This document shows, one piece after another, positions 1 through 8,329 of a stretch of 46,750 bases of DNA (position 1 is the first letter of the stretch; the number at the start of each line of letters is the position of its first letter). Source of the stretch: Bdellovibrionales bacterium. Its GTDB lineage: Archaea > Nanobdellota > Nanobdellia > Woesearchaeales > UBA583. Made by a program: the position numbers and the translations under genes. A model generated the notes under the pieces. That model saw nothing but the letters and a program-made list of their open reading frames with translations, was not told where the DNA came from and made no database searches. The stretch lies in the NCBI GenBank assembly GCA_964217375.1, contig CAXPJQ010000014.1, forward strand, positions 1-46,750, given 5' to 3'.

Positions 1-59
1 AGATCTGTTCCAAGTACCCTAATTAGTTCAGCTACCTTTTTATCATTATTTGCTGCCAT
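1..59 (-). CDS. 5' end of an unidentified gene running off the window (MAANNDKKVAELIRVLGTD...)
   Basis: ATG at 59-57 (minus strand) opens a frame that stays open to the window edge. Only 19 codons are visible, so no function can be assigned. Confidence 0.2.
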   Translation of the reverse strand, partial: MAANNDKKVAELIRVLGTD

Positions 60-183
60 AGTGATAGAAAAAATTAATTAGAATGTATTTATAAATGTTT
101 AGGGTGTGTTTTGAGTTTGAAATATAAGAATACTGTTAATTTTAGTGATAAATGTTTTTAAATTAAAAAAAGTATAATCTAAT

Positions 184-387
184 ATGAGTTCATATGAAGA
201 AACTAAATCTTGGTTAATTTCACAAAAAGAAAATATTAATAAAGATAATTTTAGAGAAATAATTGAAATAATAATCAAAAATTATTTTTCTCAAACCCAA
301 GAAGATTTACCTATTAAGTTTAAAAATTTCAATGAATTATTTAATATTGCTCTTCGTTTTATTGGCCCTTGGAAAAAAAAGGTTTAG
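184..387 (+). CDS. Hypothetical 67-aa ORF; possibly the N-terminal part of the downstream gene (frameshift at an A8 run)
   Basis: ATG ORF from the track. It ends 4 nt after an A_AAA_AAG heptamer (375-381), and the -1 frame continues as ORF 369..1793. Confidence 0.4.
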   Translation: MSSYEETKSWLISQKENINKDNFREIIEIIIKNYFSQTQEDLPIKFKNFNELFNIALRFIGPWKKKV

Positions 388-1793
388 AATATTCTAAACA
401 AATGATATATTTCCCTGAGACTATTGAAGAGATAGATAGAGAATTTATAACATCAAATACTGGAGTATTCTCATTATTAGGTTTTACTTGGAAAAAAACT
501 AAGCCAAATTCTTTAGAGATTTTAACTCAGTTAGTTAGTTTAGGTTTTTATCATTCAAAATTAAGTTTTTATTCTATTGAGAGTCAAGAAAAAATTATTT
601 CAACAATTTTAAAAAGAAGTAGTGGAGGGAACTGGAATTCTTATTACCTTCAAATAAGTCCTGACAAAGAAGAAAACTTAAAGATTCTTTTAAGTTCAGA
701 ATTATTTAAGAATATGTTTCCAGAAAATATTGAAAAGATTGAGAGTGAATTTTTAAAACCAAATGCTGGATTGTTCTCATCATTAGGTTTTACTTGGAAA
801 AAAACTAAGCCAAATTCTTTAGAGATTTTAACTCAGTTAGTTAGTTTAGGTATTTATCCTTCAAAATTAAGTTTTTATTCTCCTGAGAATCAAGAAAAAA
901 TCATTTCAACAATTTTAAAAAGAAGATATGAGTATTCTTGGAAATCTTATTATCTTTCAATAAGTCCTGACAAAGAAGAAAATAAATTAATTTTCAAACA
1001 ATCTATTCAATTTAAAGAATTTTTAAAAAAAGAAAGTAAAAAAAAAGTTCAAGGATTTTTAAAAAGATATAATTTTTCAGAATCAATTTTACAAGAGAAA
1101 ACTAAATTTTCAGTTCTTCATTCTATTTGGAGAGAAGAAGAAATAAATTATTTAATTCAACTTTACGAAAGAAATTCTGATAATTTAATTAAAGAGATAA
1201 AAACAACAGATTTAACACAAAAAGAATTTGGAAGATCAAAAGAGGCAGTTCTTTCAAAACTAAATTCTTTAATTAATGAAAGTATTTCAAAAGGAACAAA
1301 ATATGAAATAGATTCAAGAGGAATAACTTCATTTCCAAATGAAATTGAGAAATATTTTAATGAATTAGTAAATTACTCTGAGCTTCATTCACAAAATACT
1401 ATGTTAGAGGAATTCCCAGTATTAAGTTATAATTACCCCTATAATAAAACTCTTACTGATGAGAGCTGCTTTGTATTAATTATTCCTTTTGAATTTAAAG
1501 GTAATTCTCTTGAGAAGTATAAACCATTTGAACAACATATTATATCAAGACTTTACTCTAAACTAATTGATATAAATTCTGATGAATTAATAGAAACAAA
1601 CAAAATATTAGAAATTAAATTAGATCAAAATTTTATTTCTAATTTTTTTTCAGAAAAAACTTCTTTATTAGGATTATATGTAAGAAAAAAGTTTAGTTTG
1701 AATCAAGAAATACAAACTTGTGAAATTCCTGAAGAAATTGACTTTGAAAGAGGATCTAAAAAAATTAAATATTGGATATTTCATGAAAACTAA
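369..1793 (+). CDS. Hypothetical protein with two tandem ~102-aa repeats (no recognisable family)
   Basis: Long ORF whose only start in the track is TTG. The peptide F-P-E-x-I-E-x-I-(D/E)-x-E-F ... GFTWKKTKPNSLEILTQLVSLG ... ISPDKEEN occurs twice. Confidence 0.6.
   Translation: MEKKGLEYSKQMIYFPETIEEIDREFITSNTGVFSLLGFTWKKTKPNSLEILTQLVSLGFYHSKLSFYSIESQEKIISTILKRSSGGNWNSYYLQISPDKEENLKILLSSELFKNMFPENIEKIESEFLKPNAGLFSSLGFTWKKTKPNSLEILTQLVSLGIYPSKLSFYSPENQEKIISTILKRRYEYSWKSYYLSISPDKEENKLIFKQSIQFKEFLKKESKKKVQGFLKRYNFSESILQEKTKFSVLHSIWREEEINYLIQLYERNSDNLIKEIKTTDLTQKEFGRSKEAVLSKLNSLINESISKGTKYEIDSRGITSFPNEIEKYFNELVNYSELHSQNTMLEEFPVLSYNYPYNKTLTDESCFVLIIPFEFKGNSLEKYKPFEQHIISRLYSKLIDINSDELIETNKILEIKLDQNFISNFFSEKTSLLGLYVRKKFSLNQEIQTCEIPEEIDFERGSKKIKYWIFHEN
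375..381 (+). promoter_or_regulatory. Candidate -1 ribosomal slippery heptamer A_AAA_AAG within an A8 run (373-380)
   Basis: In the ORF 184..387 frame the codons read tgg aaa aaa aag gtt tag. A -1 slip on a-aaa-aag puts ggt (381-383) in the frame of ORF 369..1793. Confidence 0.3.
411..1022 (+). repeat. Tandem in-frame duplication, period 306 nt, two units (411-716, 717-1022)
   Basis: Unit 1 and unit 2 align at an offset of 306 nt. Positions 476-545 and 782-851 are identical over 70 nt, while the flanks have diverged. Confidence 0.85.
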
Positions 1794-1854
1794 TTTTATT
1801 AGAATAAACTCAAAAGCAAACGTTTTATAAAAATTATTCAACTCTAAATATAAT

Positions 1855-4047
1855 ATGAAAGAAATAATCTTACTTGTTGGACCTCAAGGAGCTGGAAAAA
1901 CAACTCTTTGTAATTTAGAGTATAAAGATTATTTTAGAATCTCTCAGGATGATCAAGGTAAAAAAGGACATTTTGATTTATTTCTTGATTTAATTAAAAA
2001 AGATGTTAGTAAAATTATAATTGATAGGATTAACCATTTAGAAAAACAAAGAACAAAGTATATTGAAATTGCAAAAAAAAATGGATATGAAACTAAAATA
2101 GTAGTATTAAATGAAAAAATTGATATCTGTTTAGATAGAATTGAGACAAGAGAAAAACATCCAACTCTAAATTCTAAAGAAGATGGAATTAAAGCACTTA
2201 GATTATATTTTAGAGAGTATGAAATTCCAAAAAAAGATGAAGCAGATAAAGTTGAATTTCTAAATGAATATGATCCATATTTAATTGATTTGACAGATAA
2301 ATATGAGAATTATTTAATTATTGGAGATGTTCATGGATGTTTTGATGAAATGAAAGAATTAATTGAAAAGCCCCTTGGAAAAGAAATAGATGAGAAAACA
2401 GCAATTATTTTTATTGGAGATTTATTTGATAAGGGAGAAAAAATTAAAGAAGTTTGGGAGTTTTTTAAATCAAAAAACAATGTATTTTCAATTAAAGGAA
2501 ATCATGAAGAGAAATTAATTAGATATCTTAGGGGAAATAACATTAATATTAGTGGAGGATTAGATAAAACAATTGATCAATTAAATTTAGACAATATTAA
2601 TACTAGTTATGCAAAAGAATTACTTAATGAATTAGAATCATTTCCCATGATAATTAAAATAAATAATAATTATTTAGTACATGCTGGAATTCATCCTAAA
2701 AAAAATATACTAAGACAAAAAAAAGAACATTTACTCTACATTAGACATTTTAATGAAAAAAATCAAGATTTTTTTGATGATACACAACCTTATTGGTTTG
2801 AAGAATATGAGGGAGAAAATAATATCTTTTTTGGACATGATTTTCATAAGAGTATTAAAATTAAAAAGAATGTATTTTCTTTAGATGGATATTGCGTCTA
2901 TGGAAATGAACTAAGGGCATGTTTAATTCAAAAAAATAAAAAAGAGTTTTTTAGAGTTAAAGCAAAAAAAAAATATTATGAGAGTTTTTATGAAAAAAAT
3001 GACAACACAATTAGTCCTTATGAAATTTTAACTTTAAGAGGATTTCTAAATAAAGATGAAAATCAAGAATTAGCTTTATTTAATTATTCTGATAAATGTG
3101 TATATGAAAAAAAGTGGGATAAATATACTAAATCTGCAAGAGGATTAATTTTTAATAAAAAGACACAAGAAATAGTTGCAAGACCATTTATCAAATTTTT
3201 TAATTTAGGAGAAAATGATGAATCTAGGATTGAGAATTTACCAAAAGATTTAACTTATGAAATTTATGATAAGCTGGATGGGAGTCTAGGAATTTTATAT
3301 TATTTTAATAATGAATGGAGAATATCAACAAGAGGAAAAATTGAGAGTGAACAATCAAAAATTGCAAAAGAAATTTTAAAAAAATATAACCTAAAAAATT
3401 TAAATAAAGAATATACATATATGGTTGAAATAATTTACCCTCAAAATAAAATAGTAATTAATTATGGAGATGATAAAAAATTAGTTTTACTTGCTGGAAT
3501 TCACACAAAAGATTCCTCTGAGTTAAGTTATGAAGAATTAAAATTAATTTCAAAAGAAAGTAAATTAGAATTAGTTGAAAAATATAACTATACAATTAAT
3601 GAAATATTAGAATTAAAAGAAAAAAAAGATTTTGAATTGGAAGGATTTGTAATTAAATTCTCAAATAATTTAAGAGTGAAAGTTAAAGGTGAGGAATATT
3701 TAAAGATTGCAAAATTAATTGCAAACATATCCCCAATTTCAATATGGGAGACAATGGAGAGTGGTATTGTAGATAAAAAATATCTAGAAAAAGTACCAGA
3801 AGAATTTGAAAGTGATGTACAAAGAATAGTAAATAAATTAGAATCAAAATATAAAAAAATTCAAAATGAAATTAATCAAGAATTTGATAAATTAGAAAAT
3901 AAAGAAAATATTAAAGAATCTCTAAATGAAATTCAAGAAAAAAAACTTAAACATAAATTAGTTTTAATTTCAAAAATAAAAAAAGAAAATAAAAAAATTG
4001 AAAAATATATAATGAATATAATTAGACCTAAAAATAATGAGATTTAA
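1855..4047 (+). CDS. Trifunctional RNA end-healing/sealing enzyme, Pnkp-like (polynucleotide kinase + metallophosphatase + RNA-ligase-type nucleotidyltransferase)
   Basis: N-terminus: P-loop GPQGAGKTT and ISQDD (PNK-like). Middle: calcineurin-type motifs GDVHGC, GDLFDKG, GNHE, VHAG, GHD. C-terminus: ligase motifs YDKLDGS (motif I, KxDG), MVEIIYP (III), EGFVIKF (IV), RVKVKG (V). Confidence 0.7.
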   Translation: MKEIILLVGPQGAGKTTLCNLEYKDYFRISQDDQGKKGHFDLFLDLIKKDVSKIIIDRINHLEKQRTKYIEIAKKNGYETKIVVLNEKIDICLDRIETREKHPTLNSKEDGIKALRLYFREYEIPKKDEADKVEFLNEYDPYLIDLTDKYENYLIIGDVHGCFDEMKELIEKPLGKEIDEKTAIIFIGDLFDKGEKIKEVWEFFKSKNNVFSIKGNHEEKLIRYLRGNNINISGGLDKTIDQLNLDNINTSYAKELLNELESFPMIIKINNNYLVHAGIHPKKNILRQKKEHLLYIRHFNEKNQDFFDDTQPYWFEEYEGENNIFFGHDFHKSIKIKKNVFSLDGYCVYGNELRACLIQKNKKEFFRVKAKKKYYESFYEKNDNTISPYEILTLRGFLNKDENQELALFNYSDKCVYEKKWDKYTKSARGLIFNKKTQEIVARPFIKFFNLGENDESRIENLPKDLTYEIYDKLDGSLGILYYFNNEWRISTRGKIESEQSKIAKEILKKYNLKNLNKEYTYMVEIIYPQNKIVINYGDDKKLVLLAGIHTKDSSELSYEELKLISKESKLELVEKYNYTINEILELKEKKDFELEGFVIKFSNNLRVKVKGEEYLKIAKLIANISPISIWETMESGIVDKKYLEKVPEEFESDVQRIVNKLESKYKKIQNEINQEFDKLENKENIKESLNEIQEKKLKHKLVLISKIKKENKKIEKYIMNIIRPKNNEI

Positions 4048-4102
4048 TTAAAAAAATAAACACAAAATATTTTTAAAGAATAAATATCTAATTTCTATTA
4101 GA

Positions 4103-4825
4103 ATGATGAGAAAAATAATTATTTTAGTTTTATTTCTAATTTCAATTAATAATATTTTTTCTCAAGAATATTATGCAGATTTAAGTTTAGACGTAGATTC
4201 AAAAGGAGATATTTTAATTAGCGGAGTAGATTCCTCAAATGAATTTAAATTAAATCAAAGAATTCCTGATTATACATCAAAGGATGGAAAATATTGGTTA
4301 ATTAATATAACTTCAAATCAAATATATTCTAATTTTATCTTTGATATAACTCTACCGAAGGGAGCTCAAATTAATTACATCAAAACAACTCCAAATTTTA
4401 GAATTGATGAAGATAGTGGAAGAATTAAAATAATTGGAACTGGAGAAAATAAAAAAGTTACAATAATTATGCAATATCAAATTACTGATGAAAATAATAA
4501 AGAGAATATATTAAAAAACCCAAATTTAATAGGAGTATTAGGAGTAATAATTGGAATTTTAATTACATTTATATTAAATAGGAAAAAAAAAGAAGTAATA
4601 ACAATAAATCAAAAAGAAAATGAAATTGATTTCTCAATATTTCCACAAAGACAAAAAGATATTATCAATATTTTAAAAAAGAAAGGAAAAATAACTCAAA
4701 AGGAACTTGAAATTGAAATGCAGATTCCTAAATCTTCAGTATCTAGAAATGTTAGAACTCTGGAAATTAAAAGCATAATTAAAAAAGAATCAGTTGGATC
4801 AACTAATTATATATCATTAAAGTAA
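4103..4825 (+). CDS. Membrane-anchored protein with an extracytoplasmic N-domain, one TM segment and a C-terminal winged-HTH
   Basis: Signal-like N-terminus (IIILVLFLISINNIFS), a TM segment (LIGVLGVIIGILITFIL) and a C-terminal MarR/ArsR-like segment (QRQKDIINILKKKGKITQKELEIEMQIPKSSVSRNVRTLE). Confidence 0.55.
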   Translation: MMRKIIILVLFLISINNIFSQEYYADLSLDVDSKGDILISGVDSSNEFKLNQRIPDYTSKDGKYWLINITSNQIYSNFIFDITLPKGAQINYIKTTPNFRIDEDSGRIKIIGTGENKKVTIIMQYQITDENNKENILKNPNLIGVLGVIIGILITFILNRKKKEVITINQKENEIDFSIFPQRQKDIINILKKKGKITQKELEIEMQIPKSSVSRNVRTLEIKSIIKKESVGSTNYISLK

Positions 4826-4926
4826 TTCCTCAATGTTCCGGTTTGTTTGAGTAAAAACTAGGTATATATTATATAGTGTTCCGTATATAAATTAGTATGG
4901 CTTAGATAAGCCCTATGACTTAAAAA

Positions 4927-6063
4927 ATGGTTAAAATTAACACAAAAAAAATTAAAGCAGTAGGTTTTGCAGCATTATTAGTTGCAAGTCCACTAAGTAT
5001 CATGGCAGAAGAAGATAACTCAACTTCAATTAATACTACAGTTAATTCAACTATCTCTGCTGAGATTAACTCAAGTAATGTTGAAGTTGAAACTCAAGTT
5101 GATGTCCAATTAGAAACTGAAATTGGAGATGAATTAAGTAAAACTGATAAAGAATATTTTGAAACTAATGAAGGTGCAAAAATTAGATGGACTCAACTTT
5201 TAACAAGACTTGAAGCAAGAATTGATAATGTTAATATGTTAATTGAGGAATTACCTGAAGAGACTCAAGTTGATGTAGAACTTCTAAGCGAGATTACTCT
5301 TCAATTAGAAACAATTTATAATGAAATGGAATTAGTTGATTTAAATGATAATCAAACTAATGAAGAATTAGTTCACCTATATATTGAATATAAAAAAGAT
5401 ATAATTGAATTATCTCAGGAATTTAAAGTTGAATATGGAAAAGGAATTAATGAAGAGAAAAAAGAAGAATTAAGAGAGAGAATTGAAGAGAGAAAAGAAG
5501 AAATTAAAGAAAAAAATGAAAATAAAATTCAATCTCTAAGAAAAGCATTAAATCTAAGAATTTTAACAAGTGCATATATTAATGTTTCAGGATTAGAACT
5601 TGAAGAAATTAAAGAACAATATGAATCTGGAGAATTAACAATTCAAGATGTAAAAGCAGAACTAAAACAAGCATGGGATAATTTAACTGATGAAGAAAAA
5701 GAAGAAGCTAAAGCAAAACTTGCTGAAACTAAAGCTAAAGCAAAAGTAGTTGCTCAAGAGAGACTTGATGAGATTAAAGAAGAACATGAAGATAAAATTG
5801 AAGAAATTAAAGAAAATGTTAAAGAGAGAAGAGCGAATAAAGCTCAAGAAAACATAAAAAACTTTAATAAAATTCAAGAAAGATTTGATAATTTAACTGA
5901 AGAGGAACAAGAAGAATTAAAAGAAAAAGCTCAAAATTTAGATCCTGAGCAAAGAGAAAAGTTACAAAAAATAGCTCAGAGATATCTAGCAGGAGAAGAA
6001 ATTAGTGATGAAGAAGTTGCAGATATTGCTGCAGAAGTTGAAACTGTGGTTTCTATAGAGTGA
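4927..6063 (+). CDS. Secreted, glutamate/lysine-rich coiled-coil protein
   Basis: N-terminal signal peptide (AVGFAALLVASPLSIMA), then long heptad-like E/K-rich sequence. No family recognised. Confidence 0.55.
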   Translation: MVKINTKKIKAVGFAALLVASPLSIMAEEDNSTSINTTVNSTISAEINSSNVEVETQVDVQLETEIGDELSKTDKEYFETNEGAKIRWTQLLTRLEARIDNVNMLIEELPEETQVDVELLSEITLQLETIYNEMELVDLNDNQTNEELVHLYIEYKKDIIELSQEFKVEYGKGINEEKKEELRERIEERKEEIKEKNENKIQSLRKALNLRILTSAYINVSGLELEEIKEQYESGELTIQDVKAELKQAWDNLTDEEKEEAKAKLAETKAKAKVVAQERLDEIKEEHEDKIEEIKENVKERRANKAQENIKNFNKIQERFDNLTEEEQEELKEKAQNLDPEQREKLQKIAQRYLAGEEISDEEVADIAAEVETVVSIE

Positions 6064-6106
6064 AACTTAAATATTAAATAATAAAAATTAGAAAGTATAA
6101 TATAAA

Positions 6107-6313
6107 ATGATTAAAAAATATTTAATTGCAGCTTTACTTTTATTTACAGTAATTTTTGCAGGTTGTAGTACAGAAGTTGAAGAAGAATCAAAAGAATTAG
6201 TGGTTGAGAGTGATACTCAAGAAGATCAAGTTACTGAAGAATCAATTGATTCAGAGGTAGAAGATGATTTTAAAACTCAAGAAGATGATATTGAGATGGG
6301 AGAATTAATTTAA
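6107..6313 (+). CDS. Small acidic putative lipoprotein
   Basis: Signal peptide with a lipobox-like FAGC, followed by a D/E-rich tail. Confidence 0.45.
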   Translation: MIKKYLIAALLLFTVIFAGCSTEVEEESKELVVESDTQEDQVTEESIDSEVEDDFKTQEDDIEMGELI

Positions 6314-6346
6314 AAATTAATTCTTTTAATAAAAAATAACCTAATT

Positions 6347-7720
6347 CTAAATAATTAATAAAATTAAAAAACCTATAAATAGAGGTGGAAGAAAAGCAAG
6401 ACCATCTTTAACTAAAATTGATTTAAATTCTTTATGTTTAAGAGAGAGACCTTTAATTTTTTCTAATTGAATTTCATCAACACCTAGTTTGAAATCTTCT
6501 TGTTTAAAATAAGTTTTATCACCAATAATTAAATCCTCAACAATCCAATCCCCAGGCACTAAATCTTTAACCAATTTATCTTGGATAAACATCTGTGATT
6601 CTAAGTTTTTTGAAATTTTAATGAAGTAATAAATAAAACCAATTAGAGGAATTGAGATTAAAACAATATTAATTAAATATAAAATTGGAATTAAAATAAG
6701 TAAAATTAAAAGTAAATAAAGTTCTAATTTCGAGAATACTTTTTTTAATTTGTTCATGTTACGAAGTGAGAAAAAAAACATCATAAAAATTGCAATTATA
6801 CCTCCAAAGAAAAATGAAACTAATAAAAATTTTAAAAGATAAGCTAAAATTTCTAAATTAAATTTATCAATTGAGAGAATTTTAATACCAAATAAAATAA
6901 AATTTAAAAGTAATATATACCCAATTGGTAAAATCTTTCTAACATTAATTGTTTTATGAGAATAATTTTGTTTAATATCTTCAAATAAATTTCTTGGAAT
7001 TCCTTCCCTTAATTCTTCTTGAGAAATAAGTTTATTTTTTATTTTAACATCTGAATCAATAATATCACTTTCTTTTAAAAAATTAGTTTTTTTCTTTAAA
7101 ACAAAATAAAGAGAATTTAATAAATAATCATCTGAAAAAAAAGTAATACTAAATGCAATTAAACCCCATAAAAATAAAATAAAAGGATCAACTTCTAAAA
7201 ATAAACCAAGAGATAAAAAAATTAAAACAACTAAAATAATAATTGCATTATATAAAATAAACTTTTCTCTTTTTCTTGTAATAAAATAAAAAATAAATAA
7301 AATAACAACTAAATTTAAACCTAGAATATATATCTGAGTAATCTCAGTAATATAAAGCATTAAAGATGAACTCTTAGAAATTAAATAACTATATAAAAAG
7401 TTAGGTACACTATCTGCTGCAAATTGTTTTAGATATGGGATTGCTGCACCAAAACCAATTAAGAATTTTGCATCACCTCCACCCCACATTCCAATTAAAT
7501 ATAAAATAGCTCCAATTAAAAATGAAAGTAACATCCCAAAACCTGAATACTTTATAGGATCAAAAGAATTAGTTAAAATTGAATCAAAAATTGCAATTGA
7601 GAGAATTGAAATTGCAAATAAAAAATTAAGGTAGTCATAAACTTCTCTTTTTTTAATATCTTCATATGAAGCAAGAGAAAAAGATAGAAGAGTTATTGTT
7701 AAAACAATATATTCAATCAC
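6347..7720 (-). CDS. A24-family prepilin/preflagellin peptidase (FlaK/PibD-like) with a long C-terminal membrane + soluble extension
   Basis: First catalytic Asp context SYEDIKKREVYD and second catalytic motif WGGGDAKFL (GxGD-type). Polytopic membrane protein. About 250 extra residues follow the peptidase core. Confidence 0.7.
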   Translation of the reverse strand: MIEYIVLTITLLSFSLASYEDIKKREVYDYLNFLFAISILSIAIFDSILTNSFDPIKYSGFGMLLSFLIGAILYLIGMWGGGDAKFLIGFGAAIPYLKQFAADSVPNFLYSYLISKSSSLMLYITEITQIYILGLNLVVILFIFYFITRKREKFILYNAIIILVVLIFLSLGLFLEVDPFILFLWGLIAFSITFFSDDYLLNSLYFVLKKKTNFLKESDIIDSDVKIKNKLISQEELREGIPRNLFEDIKQNYSHKTINVRKILPIGYILLLNFILFGIKILSIDKFNLEILAYLLKFLLVSFFFGGIIAIFMMFFFSLRNMNKLKKVFSKLELYLLLILLILIPILYLINIVLISIPLIGFIYYFIKISKNLESQMFIQDKLVKDLVPGDWIVEDLIIGDKTYFKQEDFKLGVDEIQLEKIKGLSLKHKEFKSILVKDGLAFLPPLFIGFLILLII

Positions 7721-7965
7721 TTTTCTTCATGCATATTAAATAAGGAATAAGCCATTAAAATTACAGAGGCAAGAGTTGAAACGTAAAACCCTAGAAAAGG
7801 TTGTGAAACTTGATTTTTAATTTCAACTAAATAATCTAACATATTAAGCATGGAGACCATATTTAATATAAAAAGAGCTAACCCTATACCTAAAAAAAAT
7901 AGTGCAGTTTCTCTTTTTGTAAATGCAAAGTGTTTTTTGTGAACGGTGTGAATTAATTTTTTCAT
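7717..7965 (-). CDS. Small two-TM membrane protein, paralogue of 7962..8177
   Basis: Two hydrophobic spans and a C-terminus SLFNMHEEK, against AVYNLHEKK in its neighbour. Its stop overlaps the peptidase start by 4 nt. Confidence 0.5.
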   Translation of the reverse strand: MKKLIHTVHKKHFAFTKRETALFFLGIGLALFILNMVSMLNMLDYLVEIKNQVSQPFLGFYVSTLASVILMAYSLFNMHEEK

Positions 7966-8177
7966 TTTTTTTCATGTAAATTATATACAGCAACTAAGAT
8001 TATAATCATTGAAGAAAATACAGACACATTAAATGCAAACTCTGAGTAATTAACTGGTAAAAATGAGATAAATGAAGAGATATTAATTAAAAATAAACAT
8101 AAACCAACACCTAAAAAAACATTATTAATTTTGTTAGATCCTCCTAAAACCCTACCTAAATTATTTATTTTTGTCAT
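7962..8177 (-). CDS. Small two-TM membrane protein, paralogue of 7717..7965
   Basis: Same architecture and C-terminal motif as its neighbour, with a 4-nt overlap to the downstream paralogue. Confidence 0.5.
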   Translation of the reverse strand: MTKINNLGRVLGGSNKINNVFLGVGLCLFLINISSFISFLPVNYSEFAFNVSVFSSMIIILVAVYNLHEKK

Positions 8178-8305
8178 TATTTAAAAATTTAAATATTTCA
8201 TTTAAATATATTTTTAGTTATCTCAAAGTAGTATTAATAAGAATCCTGAAAAAATAAAAAAATCACTACTAAATTAAAAAATATTTATTTTTAAATTAAA
8301 AAATA

Positions 8306-8328
8306 TAAAACGTACATAGTACGTTTTA
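8306..8328 (+). promoter_or_regulatory. Perfect 10-bp inverted repeat (taaaacgtac-ata-gtacgtttta) ending 2 nt before the ATG of the 1194-aa gene
   Basis: Read directly: 8306-8315 is the reverse complement of 8319-8328. The ATG is at 8330. Confidence 0.4.
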
Positions 8329-8329
8329 A

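Noticed and set aside
5683-5877. A 64-aa minus-strand ORF rich in Phe.
   Set aside because: It is antisense to the E/K-rich coiled-coil gene, because GAA/AAA codons read as TTC/TTT. It has low complexity and no independent support.
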